From positions 1,830,741-1,894,740 of the forward strand of contig OZ037768.1 in assembly GCA_964035545.1 (NCBI GenBank): DNA of 64,000 bases, written 5' to 3'. Shown here piece by piece: positions 1-28,215 of this stretch. The first letter of the stretch is position 1; every line of letters starts with the position of its first letter. Under the pieces are notes generated by a model, which worked only from the letters and a program-made list of their open reading frames with translations, did not search any database and was not told the DNA's origin. Both the position numbers and the translations under genes were made by a program. The stretch is from Bugula neritina (Eukaryota > Animalia > Bryozoa).

Positions 1-55
1 TGATATGGATGAAGAGGAAGAGGAGGAGGAAGAAGGGGAGCTGGTTAAGGCTTGG
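1..55 (+). CDS. Probable coding exon fragment of an unidentified upstream gene (acidic stretch DMDEEEEEEEEGELVKAW)
   Basis: Purine-rich open frame from base 2. Possible donors GTTAAG at 44 and GTAAAA at 56; otherwise the frame stops at TAG 89-91 inside the repeat. Too short to identify. Confidence 0.35.
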
Positions 56-65
56 GTAAAAGCTT

Positions 66-1032
66 TAGAACACAGTCTATGCTATACATAGAACACAGTC
101 TATGCTATATAGAACACAGTCTATGTTATATAGAACACAGTCTATGCTATATAGAACACAGTCTATGCTATATAGAACACAGTCTATGTTATATAGAACA
201 CAGTCTATGTTATATAGAACACAGTCTATGTTATGTAGAACACAGTCTATGTTATATAGAACACAGTCTATGTTATATAGAACACAGTCTGTGCTATATA
301 GAACACAGTCTATGCTATATAGAACACAGTCTATGCTATATAGAACACAGTATATGCTATATAGACCACAGTCTATGTTATATAGAACACAGTCTATGCT
401 ATATAGAACACAGTCTATGCTATATAGAACACAGTCTATGCTATATAGAACACAGTCTATGTTATATAGAACACAGTCTGTGCTATATAGAACACAGTCT
501 ATGCTATATAAAACACAGTCTATGCTATATAGAACACAGTCTATGTTATACATAGAACACAGTCTATGCTATATAGAACACAGTCTATGCTATATAGAAC
601 ACAGTCTATGTTATATAGAACACAGTCTATGTTATATAGAACACAGTCTATGTTATGTAGAACACAGTCTATGTTATATAGAACACAGTCTATGTTATAT
701 AGAACACAGTCTGTGCTATATAGAACACAGTCTATGCTATATAGAACACAGTCTATGCTATATAGAACACAGTATATGCTATATAGACCACAGTCTATGT
801 TATATAGAACACAGTCTATGCTATATAGAACACAGTCTATGCTATATAGAACACAGTCTATGTTATATAGAACACAGTCTATGCTATATAGAACACAGTC
901 TGTGCTATATAGAACACAGTCTATGCTATATAGAACACAGTCTATGCTATATAGAACACAGTCTATGTTATACATAGAACACAGTCTATGCTATATAGAC
1001 CACAGTCTATGCTATATAGAACACAGTATATG
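66..1032. repeat. 21-bp minisatellite (TATATAGAACACAGTCTATGY), about 45 copies, with a 422-bp higher-order duplication
   Basis: Unit read directly. Variant units recur at a 422-bp offset (233/655, 289/711, 348/770, 365/787). Confidence 0.95.
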
Positions 1033-1455
1033 TTGTCTTTGGTTATTTACCTCATACCTATCCTGGTGTGTAAGCAAATCAGTTGTAGCTAATGCAAATA
1101 TTAATTACTATATCTGAATAAATATCGGTGTGTAAATCTTGTACTTATCATTATTCCAATGCAGCCTGTTGAATCCAGTTCTCATATCTCTGGGTAATTT
1201 TGTTTTAGTCTTTGGACGTGTTACCAAGTTACGGGACTTTGGCTAGCAACAATGAGGCCGTTTCAAGAGGTAATTTACTACTGATGCTGTAAACCATTTA
1301 TAATTAATCTAGTTTACATACTTGTACCGGGAACTTTATGTGCTGAGGTTAATAATCCAGAATATCCAGCTAAGTTGATACATGTTCTTATGCTCAAACT
1401 GATTGTACATTGTTCAATTAGAAAGTTCTGGATAAGATTTGTCTTCTGTTATTAG

Positions 1456-1577
1456 ACATAGGTCGCATGTCATCTGTGGCAAGGCAACGGAAGCATATGA
1501 TGGAGCGCGGCGGCGTTACAATGGGACGCTCAGCTACGATGGTTTCTACAGCTGGGCTCAAGCATCATGATTATTGA
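1456..1577 (+). other. Possible terminal exon of the upstream gene
   Basis: GC-rich island in AT-rich DNA, preceded by TTATTAG and CATAG acceptors. Two frames are open to stops near 1570 and 1577; the frame is unresolved. Confidence 0.25.
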
Positions 1578-2430
1578 TGTTGAAAGAATAGAATGAATTG
1601 TAAATAATATAATGTATATACAGTCAAGACAACAATGTTAAATTGTTACTAGCGTAATGTGATGGTTGTTTACTCGATTTAATTTTTACCATGTAACGAA
1701 CAAATAACATACCATCATATATATAATTTATTTCAGTAAATTATTTAAAAAAACATACAACTTTGTAATGTAACTGTTACTGAAATATTCATATCATGTA
1801 TTACTGTAATACTAGCATAATATTATAATATTGTATAATATTGTAACATATTTGAATTATATTATATTATACTACAAATACATGATAGCAGGAAAATGAG
1901 TATAGCATACGGGAAGTATAATAATAACTAGATGTGACTTTCATCTAAAAGGAGTTCCTCTATATACTTATGCTTTGTATGAGTATTTAGTAGCAAATAA
2001 AACTGCAGCGTATCATAAGCAAACTGCAGCGGGTTAAATTCCATGCATTCTTAGATATTGGAGATGTATAAATAACTTCGTTGAGCAAAATGATATATTG
2101 GGGACGTAAACAGCTAGATTTTCATGAACAAGCTTGTCTGTAGTATGAATCAAACCAGCTGCCATTTTACTGAGTTGGCTTAGCCAAGTTTAACTAATTG
2201 GAATTTGTCAAGTTCAAAGACATTGCAGACAGCTGCTCTAAGTCACAGACAGACAGACAGACAGACAATATGGAAACACAGTGAATATAAAATACAGTAG
2301 TTTGATGGGTTGAAAGGAACTAAAGGTCCTAATCAACTTTGAAATGACTGCACCTTTCACCTATTTCAGACATAATCTTATTCAAATAACATTTAGGTAA
2401 AAATACTAGACTAATAATGTCAAGGTCATT

Positions 2431-18209
<15,779 letters not shown>

Positions 18210-21200
18210 AATGCTCTCATATGGAACACAACTCCAGCACCCTAAAGTTTCAACAAGGAACTTTTACATGCATTGTTATTACTGACAGGGAAATACCAGC
18301 TTTTTAGGTCACATAAATAGTGGAGCAGATAGCAGTGCTTTGATTTTATAAACTTGCACTATTAACCTCAAATTGATAACAGAAACTTCCATGTTTTTCA
18401 ACATCTACTTTTTATAATAAAAATGACAAAGTTCATGTACTACAGTGTCAATAACTATAAAATAAAAATATGGCTACAGCAAAGCACTTTAAAATACATT
18501 TTTATTAAATCCCATGTTAGAGCATTCAAGTTCAACAAATTGTGGAACTACTGATTTGTAAATCTTGGAAAAAATGTAAACTGATTTAAGCTCCCAGCAA
18601 ATCTCCAATCTCCATTTAGAGCAACAAAGAATAGTAGATGAGGTTAGATTTAAACAAACGCAAAGTGACTGGCTAAGGTTTCAACAACGCTGAGGTTGCT
18701 TACAGTATTAGCATAAATAAAATATAAAAACCAAATATGCACGTAATTACTCAAATCTATAACAATGTTGATATGAAATGTTCGATAAAGTCTAAATGAC
18801 CGGAGTTGAGCTTAGTCATTGCTTGACTTGACTTGAATCGTACGGTCACTCGATTTACCATACCGATGCTCATTTATAGGCAGCAATGCATCGGAAGTCT
18901 CACAAATGATGCTAAACTAATAAGCCATTAACCTAAATGGAGTAATCAGTTTTGTGTGTTTTGGTTTCTATAAGGTGAGATATGAAGCAATACTTGCACT
19001 ACGACTGAAGAGTGAGATTTTTAGAATAAGTCTATGTAAATAAATTGGTAAATATATTTCAAACTGCAAGAGTTGGTTATGAAGTTGAATGTAAGCTCAA
19101 GATTTAGTATACTAATATTGTAACCCTAACTGTAAGTGTACACTTTATAGTAGGTTGAACTGCCAAGTTAAATACTTATGGTAATGCTAATAGTTAAAGC
19201 TTATTTTAGCACTTTTCAGTTCTTATGGTGATATTTAATTTTAAAGTATTGCTAAGTCTAATAGTAATTCATAGTTAAAAGCATGATAATGACAATCACC
19301 ATGACCATGAATCATGATCAATAAAAATCATTTTCAAACATTAAAAAGCTAAATTATACTAAATAAAAATATATTTCAACATTAAACATTAATAATTACT
19401 ATTGGTATTTTACTATTTATTCATTATATTTAATATAACTATTACCATAAAATTGAATAACATTATTATGCTATCATGATGACTGATGAGTATTATAACT
19501 ATTACAAAGAATAGATTTAGTATTATTATTAAATTATTAATAAAAACTAAAACTAAAAGGTCTATTTATGAGATTCAAACCTAATCTTATTCTTAAGTAA
19601 TAATTAATATTACTATTAGTATTAGTATTGGTATTAGTGTTACTAAAACTAAGAGTAATAGCCTCTAATTTAGGCCACCTTTAAGTTTATGTTGAGTTTA
19701 TCAGCATGTTCATGTTGCTTTGTAAAACTAAAAGTAAAAATTAATGTAAAATATAAATGCATTAAAACATTATCATTAATATTAAGATTATAAAATTAAA
19801 TTATAATTATTTAATGTTAGACAAGACAGTGTGAGACCCAGTGTGAGTGTCCTTTGGCTTTGCAATGAAATTTAAATTTAAATTTAAATTGAATGCAATT
19901 GCATAATAATTAAATAAGTAAAAAAATCAAAATAAATAATTAAACGCCATGAGCCGTAGTCATAATTATAGTGATACTCATACTCATACTGACAGTGGGT
20001 GATTCAAAATCAATGTTATTATAAATATTTTAATAAAATATTCTAACTGGAAGTACAAAATTAGTCTGAGATGTTGCAATAATGGATTGACTAGTTTAAG
20101 CTAGTTCAACGCTCAGCAGGCAAAATTTAATTAGTATAATATCATCAAAATTGAGTGCTTGTATTGTATAGCATCGGCACCAGACACGCCTAAAATGACG
20201 GTATTAGCGACTTGAACAAAACTGTTTCTATTCTAGTGCCAACAAAAAAGTTCTATGGAAGAAAATTTGCAACCCAAAATCAAATACAATAGTTTTTCAA
20301 ATATTTTTAATTGCTTCCCAGTGCTTGTTTTTACCAATACTGTTATAAGTGTTGCATACAGTTAATTTGAATTAGTTGAATATTTATTTTACCAATGTAT
20401 TTATATATTAATATGCTTATTCTCAACATGAAAAAATAATAACTTCAACTTGTCTAAAACTAAAAGTAAAAGTAAATTGAAGCTTTAACTTTAAGTTTAA
20501 CTTTACTCTTTCGTCTTTAGTCTTTAGGTTTGCAGTTTCACTGAAACTGTTTGAGTTTGAGTTACTTTTGCTCCACTTACAGTTACACTAATACTTGTCA
20601 ATTAAGAGTGAGACCATCACCATGTCTATACCTATGGCTATGGTAATCCTAATACTAATAGTAGCTAATAGTAATAGTTATAGTTATACTTATAGTTTTA
20701 CAATTACTTATACTTAGTCTTATAGGCTTAGTTAGAGTAACAGTAGGTGTAACTATAATCTATCTTCATATTGACATTGGACCATAAGGCTAATATCAAT
20801 ATGAAAATGTTAATACGTTTACATTGTGATTGTAAGATTGAAATAAGAAAATAATAGCAAAATTTTATTAATGTCAAAAAAGGTAAATGTGATGTATTTT
20901 GTCGTTAGAATAAAATACTCATACTGATGCTGGAGAAATTGAACTCTGCTGGTGGAAATAATGTTTAGACTTGAGAGCAAACAACTAGGCTAAACAGAGT
21001 AATACTAATATAGATATATGCTTTCATCAATACCTACTGTACCAGAAACACAATGATTAATTACATATATGTAGAGTAAGTTCTACAAAGGGTGACAATA
21101 TTTAATTTTCTAAAGCTTAGGTTAGTGTGCTGTAGTACTGATAATCCGTCTTAGTTCAAACAGTTGTTAGTATTAGTATAAATACTATTTATATCACTGT

Positions 21201-21351
21201 TTAGCAAATAGTACCATATGAAACAGAATATTCACTATGACTAAATTGTAGGTTTCGTGTGAGCTTGTTGTTAGCATTAAATTATTGCATTATTGTTTTG
21301 ACTGTCTAGTTCCTATTTTGTTTCAGGCCTGACTAGTGTAGTAATAATAAT

Positions 21352-24300
21352 ATGGCCAGAAAAGATGGGGTCAGACGAAGGACGGCCCACCAAAATGCAC
21401 CCCGTGAAGAGCACACTGAGGAAGACTCTGAAGAAGCTTATCATATTGATAAACTGGCAATCAGCCTATTCATACTAGTTCCATTAGTTGTCACTATTTT
21501 CATTGGTTAGTTTTATGAAAATACACTTTTATTTCTAATTTTGGACAATTTCATACGTGGAAAGGTCAACACTGTGTTTGACTTCTGTAAACTCAAGATT
21601 CATTTAGTGATTGTCCTTACATTCTGCTTTAGGTTATTTCTATTATCAAAATATGATGCAGCTCATGATCATTAGACAGAGCAGTGCCCCGATGGTGATC
21701 ACCAATGAGCGAGCATCCGACATGGGTAGGTTTTGGGGAACCTATAGACCAGGAGTTTACTTTGGTACAAAAACCCGTAGTGCGAATTCTCCAGTCACTG
21801 GGCTGATGTGGTTCCAACAAAACTTACCTCATGAGCCGAAGATTAGACATTGGTGCGAGCAGGTTCGTTTTCCTCAATTGAACATTTAGATGTTTGTCGG
21901 GTGCTTTGTTTCTAAACACATAGCGATGGACTATAAAAAATAGGGTTTATTCTTTTCCTGTCACTCAGTTTTTTTTTTGGTTTATAAGCTTGAAAAATAT
22001 CATGAATTTTCTTCCTTCAACTGTTTATCTTGATGGAGTACTATTGGAAACTACATGGACTTTTGTTGCATATAATATGTAGGGAGATAAACTTAGCAAA
22101 TATGGATGGCTAAAGCACAACGGCAATGACTATGGTGTACAAGAGCTGTACGATGGAAATATCAAACTTACGACTGAATATGTTAAAAGGCTTGGTGGGA
22201 AAAATGGAGGAGATTGGTCAGCTAGAATCACGGCAACAAACAATGATGTAGAGTTCCATTCTGTCACTATTCATGATATACACCCATCCATAAGTTTAAG
22301 TTTAACTTGATTTTGAACAGTTAATGGTTTCTAGCTTCTCTCAAAGTAATGAATCGTGTGATATTTTATTCCGTTCAGGCCAACCAGCCGCTACCCGCTA
22401 AAGTGTCGTTAATGTATTACTTGGTAACTGATGGACCCAGCAATGTCGTGCCCAACATACGCAAGTCTCAACATTTAAGGTCACTTGAAGGTGAAGACAG
22501 CGAACTGGGAAGTTATAAGATGAGTTTCAGTGCTGAAGGCTCAGATCTTGCCTACAGCCATATGGTCTCTTATACACCTGGTTTTGAACATATTGAAACT
22601 GTGCTGAAATATGGTCTAGAGATCAAGCGCAATAAAGGTGAGACAACTACGCGAATAACAAGTCAAGCTAAGGCTATAGACTTAATGAGTTACTTTTAAA
22701 ACTGTGTTGTTCACTCGTCACTTATAAAAGCTATAGTTTCTTTTTTGATAGGTAAATGTGCAAAGTTATTTTCTTGACTTGCCAATGTGGGTCCCGACCC
22801 AAAGCCTTATTGTAGCTGTGAATGCACCCTCAGACTAATATGCTGTAATGTGTAAACTAGTTAGTTGTGTGTAGAACTAATATGCTGTGATGTGTAAACT
22901 AGTTTGTTGTGTGTAGAACTAATATGCTGTGATGTGTAAACTAGTTTGTTGTGTGTAGAACTAATATGCTGTGATGTGTAAACTAGTTAGTTGTGTGTAG
23001 AACTAATATGCTGTGATGTGTAAACTAGTTTGTTGTGTGTAGAACTAATATGCTGTGATGTGTAAACTAGTTAGTTGTGTGTAGAACTAATATGCTGTGA
23101 TGTGTAAACTAGTTGGTTGTGTGTAGAACTAATATGCTGTGATGTGTAAACTAGTTAGTTGTGTGTAGAACTAATATGCTGTGATGTGTAAACTAGTTAG
23201 TTGTGTGTAGAACTAATATGCTGTGATGTGTAAACTAGTTAGTTGTGTGTAGAACTAATATGCTGTGATGTGTAAACTAGTTAGTTGTGTGTAGAACTAA
23301 TATGCTGTGATGTGTAAACTAGTTAGTTGTGTGTAGAACTAATATGCTGTGATGTGTAAACTAGTTTGTTGTGTGTAGAACTAATATGCTGTGATGTGTA
23401 AACTAGTTAGTTGTGTGTAGAACTAATATGCTGTGATGTGTAAACTAGTTAGTTGTGTTTGTAGGAGACTATGTTGGTCTGAAAGGTAGGCTGGTGCCTA
23501 TGGACTCCCCTGGACCCAACATGTACGTCTACCAGGTTACCGGGCATCTCCCACTCACTCTCGAGGTATTCAGTCCAAAGCCTCTGTGTCTTACATGATT
23601 TGTATTCATACAGTAGCAGGTGATCGACTTCATATGAAACTAATTGTATATTTTAGTTATGCTGTGTTCAGGTCTTAAGTTACGACTCTAACTAGACTTC
23701 GTTGGTAGTCTTTTGTGATTTTCTCTGTGATATATAATAGTTTTATTTTCAAAGTCATTATGCATATAATTGGAGGTTGTGTTACCATGACCTGGGAATT
23801 TTGAATTTAGTTAGTTTATGAGTTGAAATTGTTTTGTAAAGCATTCAACTTTTTGTATATTTTTATTTTTAATCGTGGAAGTTTATAAGTTGTAGTAATA
23901 TTATATTTGGAAAGCGCTGTTGCTTTCCGGGTTTGAACTAGCACAGTACAATAGATTTTCTCTCGATTACCACTATTTGTTTCTTGTTAGAAAACTCACT
24001 TTTCTTACCCTTAAGCAAGCTATCGCACTATTCATGTTGTAATAAAGTTGACTCATGACTCATCCCAGGTGGTCTTTGAGTCAGGCAGCGTATCTGACAG
24101 ACCAGAGTCTCTCCAAGGAGCTGCTCTTGAGGCGGAGTTGGCAAAAAGAAGTCAAGAATTCGATACCAAGTTTGAAGAAATTTTTAAACTAAAAGAAAAA
24201 GGATATTCTGCAGAAAAAATCAGCTTCGCTCAAGCTGCAATGAGCAACATGTTGGGTGAATTATTAAATATTGCTTCAAGTCAGTTGCGGATTTTGAAAG

Positions 24301-27200
24301 TCTTAGAAATAATATTCAAGTGTCTAATATAATGATATGGTGCTCATTGGACTGCTATGGCACATTAATAACCAATCAATAATGGTTAAAATAAAATAAT
24401 TAACAAATAGTAATTTATTATATAGATATTTTTAAATAATTGGTTTACTATTTAATAAATTGTGTTAACTCATTTCAATAATGCAAAATAAGGAGAGCAT
24501 TTTATTTTTAAAAGAGCCGAAGATTCCCTGTAAATGGTTGATATCACAGAATGCTCCACTCTTCTACAGGTGGTATAGGATTCTTCTTTGGCTCCTCTAA
24601 AGTACAGTCGAGGTACAACGAAAAGCCAATAGATTCCTGGGATGTGGCCTTGTTCACAGCAGTTCCTTCTAGATCTTTCTTTCCAAGAGGCTTCCTCTGG
24701 GATGAAGGTTTCCACAACATGTTGATAAAGGAGTGGGATGAGACGCTGTCCATGGAGATTATTGGTCACTGGATGGATTTGATGAACTCAGATGGGTAAG
24801 GTAATGCTGACGTATGCTGCCGCTGTCATGGTGAGGTCTGCAGATGAAAATGATGTCTACGCACGTGATACATGAACTCTTGTGTTTTCCTGTCTCCAGG
24901 TTGATGTGGTTCGTGTGAACCAATCAATTCCTACTAACTGACTTAACTTTGCTAACCACAGCTGATGCGTGTGTTGAAGGAGAATTTATGACCAAAATAA
25001 TTTGTTAAAGTCATACTTCACTAGTACATGTACATACTTCACTAGTATATGTACATACCCCACTAGTACATGTACATACTTCACTAGTACATGTACATAC
25101 CTCACTAGTACATGTACATACCTCACTAGTACATGTACATACCTCACTAGTACATGTACATACCTCACTATTACATGTACATATGTATAATACTGTATAT
25201 GTACAGGTGGATACCTCGTGAGCAGATCCTAGGGGGTGAGGCTAGAGCCAAGGTACCCGACGAGTTTGTAGTACAGCGGGATGAGAACGCCAACCCCCCA
25301 ACCTTCTTCCTGCCTCTCGAGTCTATCATCGAGGTAAACTCAGGCTCTACTCGTGTGTGTAACGCTTAGTTAGGCTTGTGGCTGCTTATTATACTTACTA
25401 GGTATATACAGCTCTACTGAGTTAATACTAATAGTAAAATAGTTATCAATTTTTATAACTCATCAGTTTCCCTGTAGAAACATAGTCAAAATGATGTACA
25501 AAATATTAGCTGCACAGCTTGTGGTATGTTGTTACATGTAGACCAATATATGAACAGCTACTAGCATTGATGTGGTTGAATATAAGCAGAATTTCATTAT
25601 GGAGTTATCTTGCATTATGTGAAGACAACTCTTAATATGATCAATTGTGAGCAGCTGACTATTTTCTATTTTTGTAGTCACTGATAAGAGAAAACAGCAC
25701 TTCATCCCAGGAATACCTGCAGCATCTTTACCCTAGACTAAGGACCTGGTATAATTGGTACAATAAGACGCAGGCCGGTCAGCTACCAACCACCTATAGG
25801 TACACTTTCTCTTGCTACAATCCTGCCTGCTGTGTAAGGTTCCTAGTGACAATACCTAAACCCTGCCAGTGGCTATGATATGATATAGGTGGAACCACAT
25901 AATACATGAGTATGTTGTTCTCGTAGGTGGAAAGGAAGAAATCCTGATGCCATCAAGGAGATTAACCCTAAGACCTTGACCTCAGGTCTAGATGATTACC
26001 CCCGAGCTTCACATCCTACTAGCGTAGAGCGCCATCTTGATTTGAGGTGCTGGATGGCTCTGGCCTCAAAGGTGTATTTACATGACCTATATACTCTTTA
26101 TACATCACCTATATACTCTTTATACATCACCTATATACTCTTTATACATCACCTATATACTCTTTATACATCACCTTTATACTCTTTATACATTACCTAT
26201 ATACTCTTTATACATCACCTATATACTCTATACATCACCTATATACTCTTTATACATAACCTATATACTCTTTATACATGATCTATATAATCTTTATACA
26301 TGACGTATGTACACTTCACCAATAATTCAGTAAATTTGACTCTGAAACTGTGCACATTCCTAGTGTAGACCTGTCTAGTATAATACAGTTATGTGAGTTT
26401 CTGGTAACTTCTGACTTCTGATATGCAGTGAAAGGAGTGAAAGTTTGTGTCTCAATGTTATGCCGAGTTATATGATATCACAGGTGATGGCAAACATAGC
26501 TAGGAGTCTGAATGAAGAGTGGAAGAGCTACCAGCTCACCTACGAGGCATTGTCAGACAACTCCTTGCTCAACGACCTTCACTGGTCCGAGTCACACAGA
26601 CGTTACGCCGACTACGGTCTGCACACCGACTCCACAAAACTAAAGCGACCCCCACCTCCACAGCACCTGCAGCCCGGGCAACCCGTACCACACAGAGACT
26701 TGGAGCGGGTGGTCACTAAATCACCCGCAGAGAAGCTGGTTACGTCTTACTATGGCTATGTTTCACTCTTTCCACTGCTGACGCAGATTCTTGAACCTGG
26801 CAGCGACCAGTTGGGACAGATCTTGGATCAGATGAAGGACGAGAAGCTGCTGTGGACTCCGTTTGGTTTGCGATCTCTGAGTAAGAGTTCTCCCCTCTAC
26901 CAGAAACACAACACGGAGCACGACCCCCCGTACTGGCGGGGTGCCGTATGGATGAACATAAACTACATGGCTGTTAGGGCTTTGTATCACTACAGTCTAA
27001 CGGCCGGACCTCATCAACAGCTGGCCGCCAGTCTACACAGAGAGCTGCGAGACAATCTCATCAACAATGTGGAGAAAGAATATAGAAGGACAGGTTTCAT
27101 ATGGGAGCAGTATGATGATAGAACCGGCGAAGGCAAGGGTTGTCACCCCTTTACTGGCTGGTCTGCATTGGTCACTGTAATGATGGCCGACAAGTACTAA
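21352..27200 (+). CDS. MOGS: Mannosyl-oligosaccharide glucosidase (ER glucosidase I, GH63); 11 coding exons
   Basis: Exons 21352-21505, 21633-21862, 22083-22247, 22379-22637, 23465-23565, 24069-24255, 24570-24795, 25207-25333, 25678-25799, 25927-26071, 26484-27200. Type II TM segment. Motifs [81 protein letters not shown]. Confidence 0.96.
22834..23464. repeat. 42-bp minisatellite x15, whose last unit supplies the MOGS exon 5 acceptor
   Basis: Unit ACTAATATGCTGTGATGTGTAAACTAGTTWGTTGTGTGTAGA; the last copy ends GTGTTTGTAG|GAGAC. Confidence 0.95.
25012..25185. repeat. 21-bp minisatellite (CATACYTCACTAGTACATGTA), MOGS intron 7
   Basis: Read directly. Confidence 0.9.
26078..26305. repeat. 22-bp minisatellite (TATACTCTTTATACATCACCTA) just after a MOGS donor
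   Basis: Read directly. Confidence 0.9.
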
Positions 27201-27653
27201 AGACTAGAATACTAACTAATTCAATACTCTTTCCAATAGTTCTGTATTAGAACTAGTTAGTGCAATGCAGACTTATTGCTAGGTGTATATTGCTCCATGC
27301 ACTATGTTTATGCTAAAAGCTAGTTAGATATATTGCATTCACACTGCTGGCAATGAAGTTGTGATCTCAAACTTGAGAGAACTGCATACATATAAGCATT
27401 TGTACAAAGTGGAATATTTTATTATTTTATAAAGATTTTAAAAAAGTTCCTCGCTGATGACTTAGTAACAAAATCCCACTGTCATTCTATTGGTTTACTA
27501 ACATTTTTTGTGTGATTGCTTGGAATAATTGTAGACTTTGAAAGCCAAAATCTGATGATTGTGTAATTTCCTAGTCAATGCCTTGTATTCTTATAACTTC
27601 ATGTACTTGTTATTAGCTGTGTACAGTGTTGTTTCATACTGAGCTGACACTTG

Positions 27654-27659
27654 AATAAA
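27654..27659 (+). promoter_or_regulatory. Candidate MOGS polyadenylation signal AATAAA
   Basis: AATAAA about 450 bp after the stop, followed by a T-rich tract. Confidence 0.3.
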
Positions 27660-28215
27660 TACTTTTTATGCAATGAAAATACCACCAATAGCATTTTTGT
27701 AATATTCATAATCAAATTTTATTATCAGCATGTTGGTAAACGTTTCGGGTAGAGGCCCAGAAGTCGGCTGCTTCAACTGTAATTCCCATATAAATTAATT
27801 CGTACAACTTTACAACAAAGATAAGCTAACTTGTGTGTAGTAGTTGTCATTTCATTGACCAAGTTGGTGTAATTAAAACGGAGTTGCGCCTCCTTGCTAA
27901 TTTTTGTTCCGATACATCTTATTTAAAGAATTGGCGGTCAAGTATATCAGTGCAATAATTTTTTTCATGAAATACTTAGAACTTTTTTAAGTTCAAAAAT
28001 ATTTTTTTACATATTAATAATATTTTATTTAGTTTTTTCATAATATTGGTTTTGCGACTATTCAAAATTCTGTGGCCCGATAATCTCAATTGTACAATCG
28101 CGAGTATACTGTATAGTGATTGAAAAAGTTAGCTCTTGATTAATTGCTCTGTATTTACGCGTAGTTATGGACGTGTATCACATTTTCACGGTTTGCAAGT
28201 AATTTACCTAAAACA

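Noticed and set aside
52-1117. Long ORFs (YIEHSLC / MLYRTQS repeats)
   Set aside because: Translations of a 21-bp repeat open in several frames on both strands
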